DNA of 64,000 nucleotides, taken from Bugula neritina (Eukaryota; Animalia; Bryozoa). The notes under the pieces are model-generated. The model had not been told where the DNA came from. It saw only the letters and a program-made list of their open reading frames with translations, and searched no databases. Below, one piece after another: positions 1 through 11,311 of the stretch. The stretch spans positions 22,122,767-22,186,766 of the forward strand of contig OZ037766.1 of the NCBI GenBank assembly GCA_964035545.1. Reading direction: 5' to 3'. How positions within the stretch are numbered: the first letter of the stretch is position 1; each line of letters opens with the position of its first letter. Both the position numbers and the translations under genes were made by a program.

Positions 1-114
1 AAATTATATTACATTACATAATTTCACACAAGCAAATCATCTGTCAGAATAAAAATGCCTTATTATATATAAAAACATATTTTAAAAACAAAACATTGAT
101 GTATAGGCTACAAC

Positions 115-3100
115 TTATGTAACATTCAGCATTCTCAGACTTTTGTAAGCTGTGAAGGGCTTTTTACACTGGGATTGAGTTTCGAATATTTCAACTGCTT
201 TTTTATAATATGCAATAGCTTTCTGTAGATGAAAAAAAGCACTTCCAAACCTCTGCTCCAATAAAATTTCATGAAATCTCCCAAAGCACTGCAGACCTAA
301 GAGCTCATCGTTAGGAGTGTTAGCAAAAGATAGAGCTGTTTCAAATGTTGTGATGACATCATTCACCTGAAAACTGAGCATGCACTTTATTCTAGCGAGT
401 TTTTGGCCATGAGATTTCCAGCCATTTCCTTTTTTTATTATTTGGTCTAAATGATCATAGACTACCTCCAAATCTCGCCGGAATTCTTCCAAAATGTAAT
501 AATCATAAAACTCTTCCATTAGAAACATCTGTACTAAGTTCCATTGTTTGTAGCTTCTATCTACCAATAAAAAAAACATAAAATAAAACTCTTAGAACAA
601 GGTTGTAATTTAAAATAGAAATTGTATCAATTTATTGCACTATCCTACTGGCTTTCATTATGGCAAAAAATGTTGACAAGTGTGCATAAAAACCCACATA
701 AAACTTAAACAAGTCATCAGGCGTTGCACATTTGAAATGCAATAATATTTACCTTGTATTAAAAATGAGGCTGGCATAAATACATATATAAATATTTTAC
801 ACTAACCTGGCAAGTACCCGTTTCTGTCACAAAAGTACTGATCAATCTGTTTCTTGTATCTTTGATAAATTTTTATTGCTGTCATGGAAAGGAGGGCTCT
901 AGAAATTGTGCTTGAACACATGAAATACCAGTTGTCATTTGATGTCTGACAGGATTCACTCAATTCTCTAGCCTTTTGAAACCAGTGGCACTTTTTATCG
1001 ATCTTTGTTTGATATGCAGCCTCCAGACAAAGTTTTCCAATACGCATCACCAGCTTTTTATCATAATTGTACTTTACACGCCTTTCAATAGCAAAGTTTA
1101 AACATGATTCAATACTAGTGTCGAATGTATCACCAAAAATATGTGTGCATTTTCCCAACTTCTCAATTTCAACTAGGAGTATATCATTTGCCGTACTTTT
1201 TAGTTTAGAACTCTGCAGTTCAGCCAGCCAGATCAACATTTCACCTTGATATAAATCTACATCACCTTTTGCCAACACTTTTAAGTGCCGAGTTACACGC
1301 CTGATTGTTTCCTCAACATAATCCATTGGAATCGATCGTAAATTTGCATGTTTAAGAGTACGAACTAATATTTTGACATAAAAATAACTGCAGTATTCAT
1401 TCATTAGTACACCATCATCACACTTTTTGCAATCATCTAGACACTGTTCAAATATCTCAGAGCTGTGCTGTCTAGCTGCATCTGTCTGTAACGATTCCGA
1501 ATACCAGTATGCAAAATCAATTTTTGCAGTCAATTTCACTTTTCCATTTGTTTCAGATAAGCGTTCTAGCAGTTGTAAAGCGACTAATTCCGCTTCTTTA
1601 TAATCCGGAATTTGTATTTTAAGCAAGTAAACACCCATGTTGCACAGAGCATGAACCGAGAGTGGACTTGTATTTAAAGCCTGTCTTATAAGAGCTTCAG
1701 CTTGCTGCAGGTCCCCAACCATTAAGCATTTGGCAGCATCGTAGTTTACGTTTCTCACGTATCCTAGTTCACAGGGCACCCTATTCTTTTCTATCACTCC
1801 ATACATTTGCTGTAAGCGTTCATTAGTAAGTTGTATGTTGAATAAGCTATGCTCATACTTTGTGAATACATGGAGTAAATTCTGATCACATATCCACTTA
1901 TGATCTACAATAAATATAGCGCATGTACGATATATATATAGGCCTAATGTAAAAATTTAAGTTATATACTCTTGAAAGTAACTTTTTATAGCGACCACTA
2001 AAACAGATATTTCTACAAAGAGTTGAACACTTTTACTAGAAGAATTTTTGATACAGAATAATATACTGAGGCAAGGCATGGGTTATTACTAGACAATAAA
2101 AGTAGTTCAAAAGCAATTGAGCTTTTTTGTATATAATAATGAAGTACTTACATTTTAAAGTATCCAAAACTGCTTGGTGAGGAAAGCCAACACCAGTAAC
2201 TGTTTCCCCTCTCTTATTTTTGGACAGAAAAAGGGGAAGGCGATTTTTTCGGCACACAGACTTGAGAATGAGGTGGAGAGCAGCTGGTCTATTATATACA
2301 GCACACGTATGCATAGTTGTGTCTCCTTCAACAGAGACCTCTAACAAACATTTCAAAAGTTCAGACTCGGTGAGTAAAGTGATGAAATACTCCAAAACAT
2401 TAAGACTGTTGGACTTGCAAGCTTCTTGAATTAAATTCCGACCATTAGCATTGTTTTTAATAAAGTCAACCGCAAAGGGTTTCATAGAATGTTCATAGAT
2501 AAATTGCACCATCATGAGGTCATCAGCTACTACAGCCTTATATGCAGCTGTCCCTGGATTTATATCTGTGGAAGAAAGCCTTAAATATTTACCAAGTAAT
2601 GAGAACTCAGAGGTATAATCAACAGCAGATTTTTTGTTTCTGTCAGTAAGATTTAAAAGATCCTCTCGTCTTTCTTCAGCAGCATCAAGCAGTAAAATAA
2701 CAGCTTTGACACTTCTCTCGGCTACAGCAATGTGTAGTGCTGTTGCTCCTTGTTTCTGTGTACAGCAGCTAAGTATGTTCCATTTAACATCTGTAGGAAA
2801 TTTATTCATTAAAGTTTTCATGGTGGAAACTGAGTCGTTTATGGCCGCACTTTGGAGCAAAGTCCATCCTCGCTTATCTTTAGATCTAACATTAGCCATT
2901 GTAACTTGCTCTTCCAATGTTAGAGAAGAAAATGCTGAATCGATGACATCACTGTCATCTTTATATGCAGCCCAATGGAGTGAGGTCCATCCAAGTTGGT
3001 CTACTTTCTGAATGAAATCCAAGCGTTGCTCTTTTGGGATCATGTTCATCACAAAAGAAACCACTTCAGCGCTAGTTTCAACATGGCTGAACTGAAGCGA

Positions 3101-5252
3101 TGTCCAGCCTGCATCCAGATTTCTCATTTTATTTAGAAAAGCAGGAGTAAAAGGCTTGCCACTCTGATTGCTTGTAGGCAACGAAAATGGAAATTTTCTT
3201 AAAAAATCCATGGGCAGTTCAACTTCAGCCGTTTCATTTTCAGCTTGAGAGATTGAAATCTCATCCAAAGAACTTACTTCCAATCTTTCGACAGTATTTG
3301 AAAAGTCATTCCTTGTTTTACTTTCATTCATGAGAGTAAAGTTGACAATGCTATCTTTTTGGTAAATAGAAAACAAGTTACTTTTAATCACTGGCATTCC
3401 CATCACATGATTTACCTGAGAAATGAATGGAGCCGTTACATTGTTTTCTGACAATAAAAGTCCAGGAGTAACCTTTAGGGTAAAGCATACCATCAAAGCA
3501 GGAGTGTTGCCGGAATATGTTGGATAGTCTTGTATAGTAAAGCCTTTCCCTTTCAAAGACCATAAGTACTGCTCTAATTCTTGAACATCGTTATCGTTTA
3601 TCAGCTTCTGGACATGAGGAGCATCTGAGTTGTTAACCACTTGTATTGCCAGACCTATTAAAGTTGTAATTGTAGCAAAGTTTACACATATTTATATGGC
3701 AAGTTATTTTGTAAGTATATCTGAAGCTATTTATACAGCCAATATAATATATTGAATGATTTAGTTTATACCATCAAGATGTGAACACAAAGTGAAGCTT
3801 TTAAGGTATTGAGAAAAGATAAATGCATAGAGAAGAAACTAACAAAATTGAATAAAAACAATGGATCCACTCAAGAAATAGTGTTACATTTTAAATGTTC
3901 ATTTTATTTCATATAGTTGGCAGATTGCACTTATAGAACTATTTGTTGCACTGCTGCAAATGAAATGCCATTGTAAAGCTGTACCATGTATTTATAAAGC
4001 TATGGCAGACTACCCAACAGTTAACAATAGCTTGAAAGGCAAAGCAGTAAAAAGGCTGTAAAATCCTGAGACCAATAGAAGTATGATAGCAGTAGTAACA
4101 GTACAAAAACAGCATTGTACAAAAAAACGAAATAGCAGCAGTAAGCAAGAGTGTAGCATACCTAATGGTATTATTGTAGCTGGTAGGGCTGGCTGGAACT
4201 AATTATTTATAAGTAGTTATAAGCAGTAATAACCACCAACAGCCATAGAAGTTGTTGCGCGAGCATGAGGCTTTGAGATAATATGTAATTAGATTAACAA
4301 CTCCTTGATTAGGTAGTACTTTAAATGTTCAAGTTTGTTTTCCTACACAAATTGATACGCGGTAGTTTGCAGCAAAACATAAGTAAAATTCACTAGTTTC
4401 ATTACACTAACAATTAACACATATTGACAGTGATGCTAAATATCAGTATATGTATCAATTACGCATTCTATTTTTACTAATCATGTTTAAACTAAACATA
4501 TAACGATTCGATAGCAACATTAAAATATGCTCCCAATATAGCTATAATATAGCTGCTTATGAAAACTTCACAATAAATTTGGAAAAAAAATCTTTAAAAA
4601 TCGCAGCTTATGGTAGAGAGAACTAACTGCTTACATTTCAAAAAGTAAATTGGAAAGTACTTATATACCAAAGTATTAAAATTTCATTTATATTAAAACT
4701 TCCAAATACATATAATATTTATATCTACCAATTTCTTTTAATTATATTAACATATTTTAAAAATGTATAATTTCTGTAAGTTGATTCAAGTCAATTGATT
4801 TGAATAAAGCTTAATTTGACTCTTTGTCTGAGCCACAACTTGACTTGGGTAATTAGTATTTTACTTGACTTGGGTAATTAGCATTTGACTTGACTTGACA
4901 TGACTTGACTTGATTTGATGTGACCTCAGCTGGCCATAGAAGGATGTTTTATAATTATTAAGCTATACCAGGACATACTTCTTCAAAATATCGACATACA
5001 TGTCTCGATTTAAAAATGTTGACTACAAAGCATTGTACAATAAGCACAATACTGCAGGGCAACACACCTCATGCATGTACACAGTTTATATAATGAACTT
5101 CAATCTGTTCAGTTACTAGCTGCACTCATAATAAGGATAGTGTTGATAAAAATTACTAGCCAAGCATCTGATCAAAATTATAAATACAGTAAGTAAACAT
5201 TATTATCATGCTTACCATGAGTTGATTCATTGTCGGGGTTAGATGCAGCCAT
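115..5252 (-). CDS. Ankyrin-repeat plus C-terminal TPR-like helical-repeat protein, 4 coding exons (5252-5216, 3654-2152, 1904-807, 560-115), ~1027 aa
   Basis: Ankyrin motifs GWTSLHWAA, GWTLLQSAA, GATALHIAV, GDTTMHTCA in ORF 2036-3640. TPR-like helices (GDLQQAEALIRQALNTSP..ALCNMGVY; LQKAIAYYKKAVEI) in ORFs 802-1806 and 115-579. All three introns are GT-AG and phase 1, and the exon lengths sum to 3084 nt (1028 codons). Confidence 0.8.
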
Positions 5253-6334
5253 TTCTAAAGAAAAAATGTTCAACTTAAATTACATGCTTGAAACAGCAAA
5301 AATATACCAATATATCATTTTTGAAGTTTCATAGCACTGATGTTTTAATGCTGTGGTAGAATCCAAGACCACTTTCAATAAAATATCTGCAATTATACAC
5401 AATTTAGCACAACCTAGTCAAAAGTAGGTCTGTAAACTCAATGCCATACACCCAATTTAATAATACAAATGCGTGATTGAAAGATAAGATAACATTTTAT
5501 GACCAAGTACACTCATTATAGGAATTTTGAAACTTTTTTATATAGCTGTAAACCTAGCCATGCTTCTCCCTAACTACAAAAAAGTTGGATCTTTTAGAAG
5601 GTAGGTGACACTCCCAGGTGCATAACACCTTAATATAACAATTATAAATAAGATAAATAAATAAATACTTTCTATAAAAAGCATTAAGCTTTAACAATAT
5701 GCTGCTAATTTTATTTTAGATAGACTGAGTAGATCTCTTTAAGAACTTTGAACTTGGCAATAAAACCATTTCGGTTAATTAGGGGTACTCTTTGTTCATG
5801 AGAGCTAATATACAGCTAGTTACACAGCAACTATCCCATATGCTTATGATAAATCTACTGAAATATTATCTCTCTAGAGTCTAGAGTCTAGACTCTAGAC
5901 AATACATTAATATGAAACTGGATAATATTGGAGTTGTATTGCCATGCAATTACTAATCGTGAGCTTTGAACGGTAGGTGAATGGGAAATTACTTTTAACA
6001 GTCTTTCACTATCACTATGTATAATGTACTAATACTGCTCCAGAGCAAATTAAGAGTTTAATTTAGAAGTAATCCCTCCTGAAATTTTTTCCACAATCAT
6101 AAATATCAAGTATTTTAAAAACCTTCAACTATTGTGGTTTTGTTTCCCACTTGAGCTCTCAAACCAGTAATCAGAATCACAACTTCAATAGTTTGTAATA
6201 TCAAAATTTAATCTGCTTCCATCCAGAGTCTAGAAAAATATTTTGTTATAAAAATTAAAAGATGTTTACACAGTAAACCCCCATTAGTAGAATCCCAAAA
6301 ACTACAGCATTTTGATTCACAGCCCTCTTTGTAT

Positions 6335-6681
6335 TGTAATGGGATTACGTAGTAAAATAATGGGGTCGTCCCCTCTTGTATGGGAATACTTATAACTATG
6401 TTCTACTATCCAATCAGAGGGACCGGAAGGCAAGGTTCCGGTCAAGTGACTGTCCGCGGGTTAGCCAGCAGAAACCATGTGTTGTTGAGAGCAAGGACTC
6501 GTAGTAGTAACATGTGTTTGTAATTGATGAGTGTTGTATAATAGTTTGATGTGGTGTTATAATTATGTTTATCGAATTAAATAAAGGTTATCGTACGCAA
6601 GCCAGACTAGTGATTGCTAGTTAAATTGACACTAAATACGCATACAATCCACGCTTAATAATTGTGCTAAAACTCACAACA
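6335..6681 (+). repeat. 5' LTR (347 bp)
   Basis: Identical to 11312-11658 except A6355 vs T11332. TG...CA ends, CCAAT near 6410, AATAAA at 6580-6585. Confidence 0.97.
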
Positions 6682-6682
6682 G

Positions 6683-6700
6683 TGGTGGCAGCGGTGGGAT
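6683..6700 (+). other. Primer-binding site complementary to the 3' end of tRNA-Leu(AAG/TAG)
   Basis: TGGTGGCAGCGGTGGGAT begins one base after the LTR and is the reverse complement of ...AUCCCACCGCUGCCACCA, the conserved animal tRNA-Leu 3' end. Confidence 0.9.
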
Positions 6701-6716
6701 CTTTGCGTATATCAAG

Positions 6717-7547
6717 ATGACAGAAAGAGGCACAGAGCTACCCATTCGGAGGAATGAAGGTGAGGAAGATAACGTTGCTATACCTATGGAACCAGAAGTG
6801 AGAGTACATAGGGAATGTTATGAAGAGAAGTACCGGCTGAGGGTGCCCACCTTCTCAGGTGAGGAGCCGGTGGAGCAATTCGTTCAGGAATTCCGAGATG
6901 TAATGGAGGTAGCACAGTGGCCGCCCAGAATAGCATTGCTCAGGCTCAGGATGGCGCTGTCAGACAAAGCCAAGCCATACGGAGTGGGACCGGACATCAA
7001 CGGGATCCTTGCTTCCCTGCGGGCCCGTTTTGGTATCTCCGCTGTAGATGCGCGGGCCCGTCTCCAAAGACTGCGGCGTGATCCTCACACGCCGCTACAA
7101 GAGCACGCTACCACGGTAATGAGACTGGCGCAGATCGCGTTCCGCGATCTGCCTCAAGTAAACCGTGAGAGGTACACTTATGATGCCTTCGTGCAATCCA
7201 TCAACGACTTGGGACTCCATCACCAACTCCTGGCGAGGGGAGTCACCACGGTCGAAGGTGCGCTCGCAGAAGGGGAAGCTTACCTTCTGGCGAGTCAACT
7301 GCACCGGAATCGTGTGACTTCTCGTCAGGTGGACATGGAGCCCTTCGCTGCTCCTACCGCTTCCAACGCGGAAACCCCAGCGGTGGCCAAGGTGACGCAG
7401 ATGACGGTGGCATTGAAGGTCGCGCAAATGACCAACATGCTAGCCGAACTGGTCTCCGCCTTGGCCCCTCTCAGCCAGCTAGACATTACCCGTGAGCTTG
7501 ACGGGCCACCGGTACAGTCGCCTGGTAGAGGACACCCCTCCTGCTAG
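6717..7547 (+). CDS. gag: Retrotransposon Gag (capsid region), ending at a TAG inside the CCHC zinc knuckle
   Basis: ATG 16 nt after the PBS. Capsid-like motif RVPTFSGEEPVEQFVQEF..VAQW. The same frame continues C-*-E-C-G-R-P-G-H-F-Q-K-H-C, i.e. CX2CX4HX4C. Confidence 0.88.
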   Translation: MTERGTELPIRRNEGEEDNVAIPMEPEVRVHRECYEEKYRLRVPTFSGEEPVEQFVQEFRDVMEVAQWPPRIALLRLRMALSDKAKPYGVGPDINGILASLRARFGISAVDARARLQRLRRDPHTPLQEHATTVMRLAQIAFRDLPQVNRERYTYDAFVQSINDLGLHHQLLARGVTTVEGALAEGEAYLLASQLHRNRVTSRQVDMEPFAAPTASNAETPAVAKVTQMTVALKVAQMTNMLAELVSALAPLSQLDITRELDGPPVQSPGRGHPSC

Positions 7548-7549
7548 GA

Positions 7550-8482
7550 ATGCGGAAGACCAGGACACTTCCAGAAACACTGTCCCCGACTTCAACCAGG
7601 GTAAAACTACGACGGCCCGCGGATGCTCCCACATCTGGCGGGCCGCCGATAAAACCCCAAGGGAGGACACTGTGGCGTCCGCCACGCCGGACACCCGTCC
7701 GGGACCTCGCGGAACGGCCACCAGGACGGCAAGCAGGCTGTACAAGCCGCTCGCCGCCGGTGTTCTCAATGCCACCCCGCAACAGGTTCGACAAACGACG
7801 GACCGCAGAGTCTGCGAGGGGAAAGGCCCAAGCGCCGCAAGGCGTGGCGCCACCGCCTCGACAGCTGGTCCCCAGTCGTCGTCAGAAACCTAACTCCTCC
7901 ACCATGGCGAGGGAGATGAGGTCACCCAAGATACCACTACACCCCCACGAGAGCAGCCTGTTTCTACCAGGACAGATAGCCGGCAAGCCTGTCAAATTCC
8001 TGTTAGGCACGGGCTGCACCACCAACCTCCTGGGTCGTCGATTCTTCGACACACTCAGCGCTCAGATCCGAAGCAGGTTGGGGCCGTACGAAGGCGATCA
8101 TGGCACCCTGGCAGACGGGTCGTGCATCCCCTTCTACGGTATCATTGAACTCCCTGGGAGCGTCTGTGACCAGACCATCCAGGAGAGGTTCATCGTCGGA
8201 CAGCTCCAAGAGGACGCCATCCTTGGGATGCCATTCTTACAACGATACGGATGTCGCATCGATTTTGTTAAATCTGCGATGTTTATGGGCGGCCGGGAGC
8301 TCGCCTGTGTCGATAAGTTTGGCCATCCTCTAACGGGAGAAGAGCCGATAGTACGTACCTGTACTATGCCCGGCCACTCCCGGGGCGCCGTCCACCGCCA
8401 GGTAGACGATGGCCGCACCTCCAGGACGGGAGTTGTAGAGAGCGCGCACCCGAGCGTCCCACCTGCCCGCAGCTCTAACTAG
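7550..8482 (+). pseudogene. pol: pol N-terminus in the -1 frame relative to gag: degenerate aspartic protease
   Basis: LFLPGQIAGKPVKFLLGTGCTTNLL (catalytic DTG reads GTG) and the DAILGMPFL retropepsin motif. Confidence 0.85.
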
Positions 8483-8806
8483 CTGACACGGAGAGGAAAG
8501 ACTTCGGTGCCATGCCTCCACTCCCCCTCGGAGACGGTGAACCTACCACCCACCTCTCCACCGAGCTGTACTCCTTCTGTTCAAGAAGGTAACAGCAGGC
8601 CATCGCGGGAAACCGCGATGGGAAGTCCTCTAGAGAGCCCGTCTCTAGGGCGGAGGACTGCCTCACCCCACGCCCCGCACAGCCCGGGGACTCGTGGGGG
8701 AGAATGAGACGGTTGTGTAGATAACGAGAAGCGCCAAGAGACGGCCACTTTACTACACAAAACCGAGACTGCACCTCACCTTGGGGACCCTGACAGGCCC
8801 TCAGAG

Positions 8807-9973
8807 GTGGCACAGGACCTCCACGCCGAACCCGTCTCAACCGATGGCGTCAAGGAGCTACGACACCTTCAGGAACATCTTCCGGGGGTGGTAGCTGACG
8901 TCTATCGAACAAAACGGGAAGGGCGACGACCCAGTGACAAACAACGGAAGCAGGGCTGCGCCGAGTGGCAGCTGTACTGCCGACGTTGAAACGCACTGCG
9001 GATCGGGCCGGATGGTCTATTGACCATATCTTTGGCCGCTAACCACAACCAGCCAGACCAGGAGAGGACCCTCTGTCCTGCCGCCATCCGCCGGGAGTTG
9101 ATAGAAGAGGTACACCAACAGGCTCACGGGGGAGCCCAACAGGTGCTCACCGAACTACAACTCTGGTGGTATTGGCCTAACATGGAGCGTGAAGTACGGC
9201 GCAGAGTTAGGCAGTGCGGAGTCTGCCGGGTCAATAAGCACGGCCGCCCTCCTGACGAGGTGGGGCGGCGAAGGCAAAGTGCAAAAGGGCCCGGGCAGAC
9301 GGAGACTGCTGACCTGGTCGACAAACCGCCCAGGATGCAACCCAAAGCGGTGGCGAGGCAGGAAAAGCCACACCCGTTCAGGGAAGTGCGCTCACCGCCT
9401 TCAGCGTGCAAGCTGCCGCCACCACTTCCTAGGTCAGAAACCGACCTGGAAGTGCAAAACCCCCCCACGGGAGGGGCTCCGTACGGAGATGCTGGGGAAG
9501 CTCCATTTGTCACAAACTGGCTGGAAGCACCACCCGTGAGACGTGACCGTCCACGGGTGAGTAAACCGCCTTGGCTGAGGACGACACTTCCCCAGGCTCT
9601 GTATGGAGATGCTAGGAAAGCTCCATTTGTCACAGACTGGCTGGAGGCACCACCCGTGAGACGTGACCGTCCACGGGTGAGTAAACTGCCTTGGTTGGTG
9701 ACGACATCTCAAAAACGGTGTTCTAGGCAAACCCCCGCGTACCTCAAAGACTTACTACGTGCCGTTCAGGGCGCGGTCAAACGTCCCACGAGGTACCGTA
9801 CGGGGAAGATGGCAAAACGTGGGAGTTGTGAACACCACGAGAATATCAACTTTTGCTTCGGCGGAATCTCAAACGAGATTCATACGCCGGAGGTAATAAG
9901 TCCTAGCCACGTTTCACAACCACGCTGCTCGCTCTTTTATCACATTGATACAGCTCTGAGTAGACGTACGTAG
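8807..9973 (+). pseudogene. pol: pol C-terminal remnant: integrase H2C2 zinc-binding domain, catalytic core missing
   Basis: RRELIEEVHQQAHGG...WWYWPNMEREVRRRVRQCGVC. In-frame TGA at 8987-8989. Only a decayed start of the core (GPGQTETADLV) remains before Pro-rich sequence. No YxDD or RNase H motif in any frame. Confidence 0.85.
9481..9710 (+). repeat. 120-bp in-frame tandem duplication inside the retroelement
   Basis: 9481-9600 is repeated at 9601-~9710, giving YGDA..APFVT.WLEAPPVRRDRPRVSK.PWL twice. Confidence 0.92.
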
Positions 9974-10256
9974 AAATCATAAACATACCACTCTCGTTCA
10001 CAATGGCTTGCCAAGAATCGAGAGGTGAGTTAGTTATGTTTTTGGTACGAGGACTAAACTGTAATAATCAGCTTAACTGTAACAGAATAAGCTGGAGACT
10101 CGGTAATGATTTTTAGTGGGGGGAACTCACATTGACTCTAAGACTGAACAGTTTGTCACAGCGGTGTGTGTTTTCGATCAACTATTCATTAGCTGAGTCT
10201 TACGAGTATCTAATTGAGTTAAGTACCCACCAGGCTGTATACGCCGGCTGTACTCA

Positions 10257-11030
10257 GTGTACCCTCTTACACTGTTATACTCTTGCAGATCACACTCGGT
10301 CGACCAACTCCGGGTCACAAGATCTACCCCCCTCTCCTCCTTGGATAACGGACCGGAAACGGACAACAGACTGCCCGTGGCACTGCGTCGAAGACATAAA
10401 TGGGTGTCACGACGGACGGAGCGACAAATTGAAGAAGCCTGGGGACCAAGTGGCTCACAACGAACCTGCCACGTGTGTTATGAGGAGCTTCCCTCACACC
10501 AAGGACTACGGCTGCATGTGAATGCACACTTCCTACTACGCTTCTGTCCGTGCGGATTTCACGACGTATACCCATACCTCGTCGTGGCACATATGATGGA
10601 CTGTTTCGCAGGCGAAGGCTATGTAGTGGATGCGGACAATTACGACCAGTATCTAGAAGCCCTCAGATCAGTGGTTAAGAAGGCTTTGACCTGGGCCGCA
10701 TTATCCTCCGGGTTTTATACACTGCTAACAGCCGCCCGTCAGAAATCTCCTATGGTAAAAACGGTCGCTGCAATCATACCCCGGCCAGACAACACCCCCA
10801 TGGAAGCATCAGATTCCCCAGAAGAAGCGACGCCAACTCCAACCAGGCCTAACCGACTAGCAACCGTCGAGGAAAGACTCCTACGACTGCAGGATGAATT
10901 TACTCAATTGGCCCCCGACTTACTCAGCACTACAATGGGCCTTAGTGAACTGGAGGGCTCAGTGGGACGCCTTAAGCGTAGACTACGTGCACGGCAAGCA
11001 CGACACCGGATCCAGTCCCTGCAAAACTAG
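10257..11030 (+). CDS. Retroelement ORF3: C2H2 zinc finger, second Cys/His cluster and C-terminal coiled coil (true start unresolved, probably spliced)
   Basis: CHVCYEELPSHQGLRLHVNAH fits CX2CX12HX3H, followed by FCPCGFHD..AH..DC. Heptad-rich tail LATVEERLLRLQDEF...LSELEGSVGRLKRRL. 257 codons with no stop. Confidence 0.75.
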   Translation: MYPLTLLYSCRSHSVDQLRVTRSTPLSSLDNGPETDNRLPVALRRRHKWVSRRTERQIEEAWGPSGSQRTCHVCYEELPSHQGLRLHVNAHFLLRFCPCGFHDVYPYLVVAHMMDCFAGEGYVVDADNYDQYLEALRSVVKKALTWAALSSGFYTLLTAARQKSPMVKTVAAIIPRPDNTPMEASDSPEEATPTPTRPNRLATVEERLLRLQDEFTQLAPDLLSTTMGLSELEGSVGRLKRRLRARQARHRIQSLQN

Positions 11031-11300
11031 GAGCTGGAAGTTGACAATTCCACCCCGCATATCCTCGGGGTACTACATTGTGATCGTGTAAATGCTTGAT
11101 CTGCTAACAACCGACCTGTGTGACGATCCAGGTCTCTCTTTCTGTAGCTGGCCAGCTGTGTGTTGGCCGTCTGTCTATCTTACTTATATATATGTCGTAC
11201 GTTTGATATTTCTCTTCTTTTTCTTTGTGGATTTTCCTTACTTATGTCATTTTTGCATTATTATACTATTTTGTTTTATCAGAAAGTGGGGCTTTCTGCT

Positions 11301-11311
11301 GGTGGGGGCGG
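11301..11311 (+). other. Polypurine tract
   Basis: G-rich GGTGGGGGCGG directly before the 3' LTR. Confidence 0.7.

Noticed and set aside
4836-4926. GACTT pentamer array, and the TCTAGAG palindromic run at ~5872-5900
   Set aside because: Short simple repeats with no defined termini or functional context.
7545-8989. APOBEC-like G-to-A editing or programmed readthrough at two probable Trp-to-stop codons (TAG 7545, TGA 8987)
   Set aside because: Two sites are too few without a family consensus, and pol is broken in other ways, so ordinary decay explains them.
7095-9730. Many antisense and alternate-frame ORFs in the retroelement
   Set aside because: Expected in GC-rich sequence; none has a recognisable motif.
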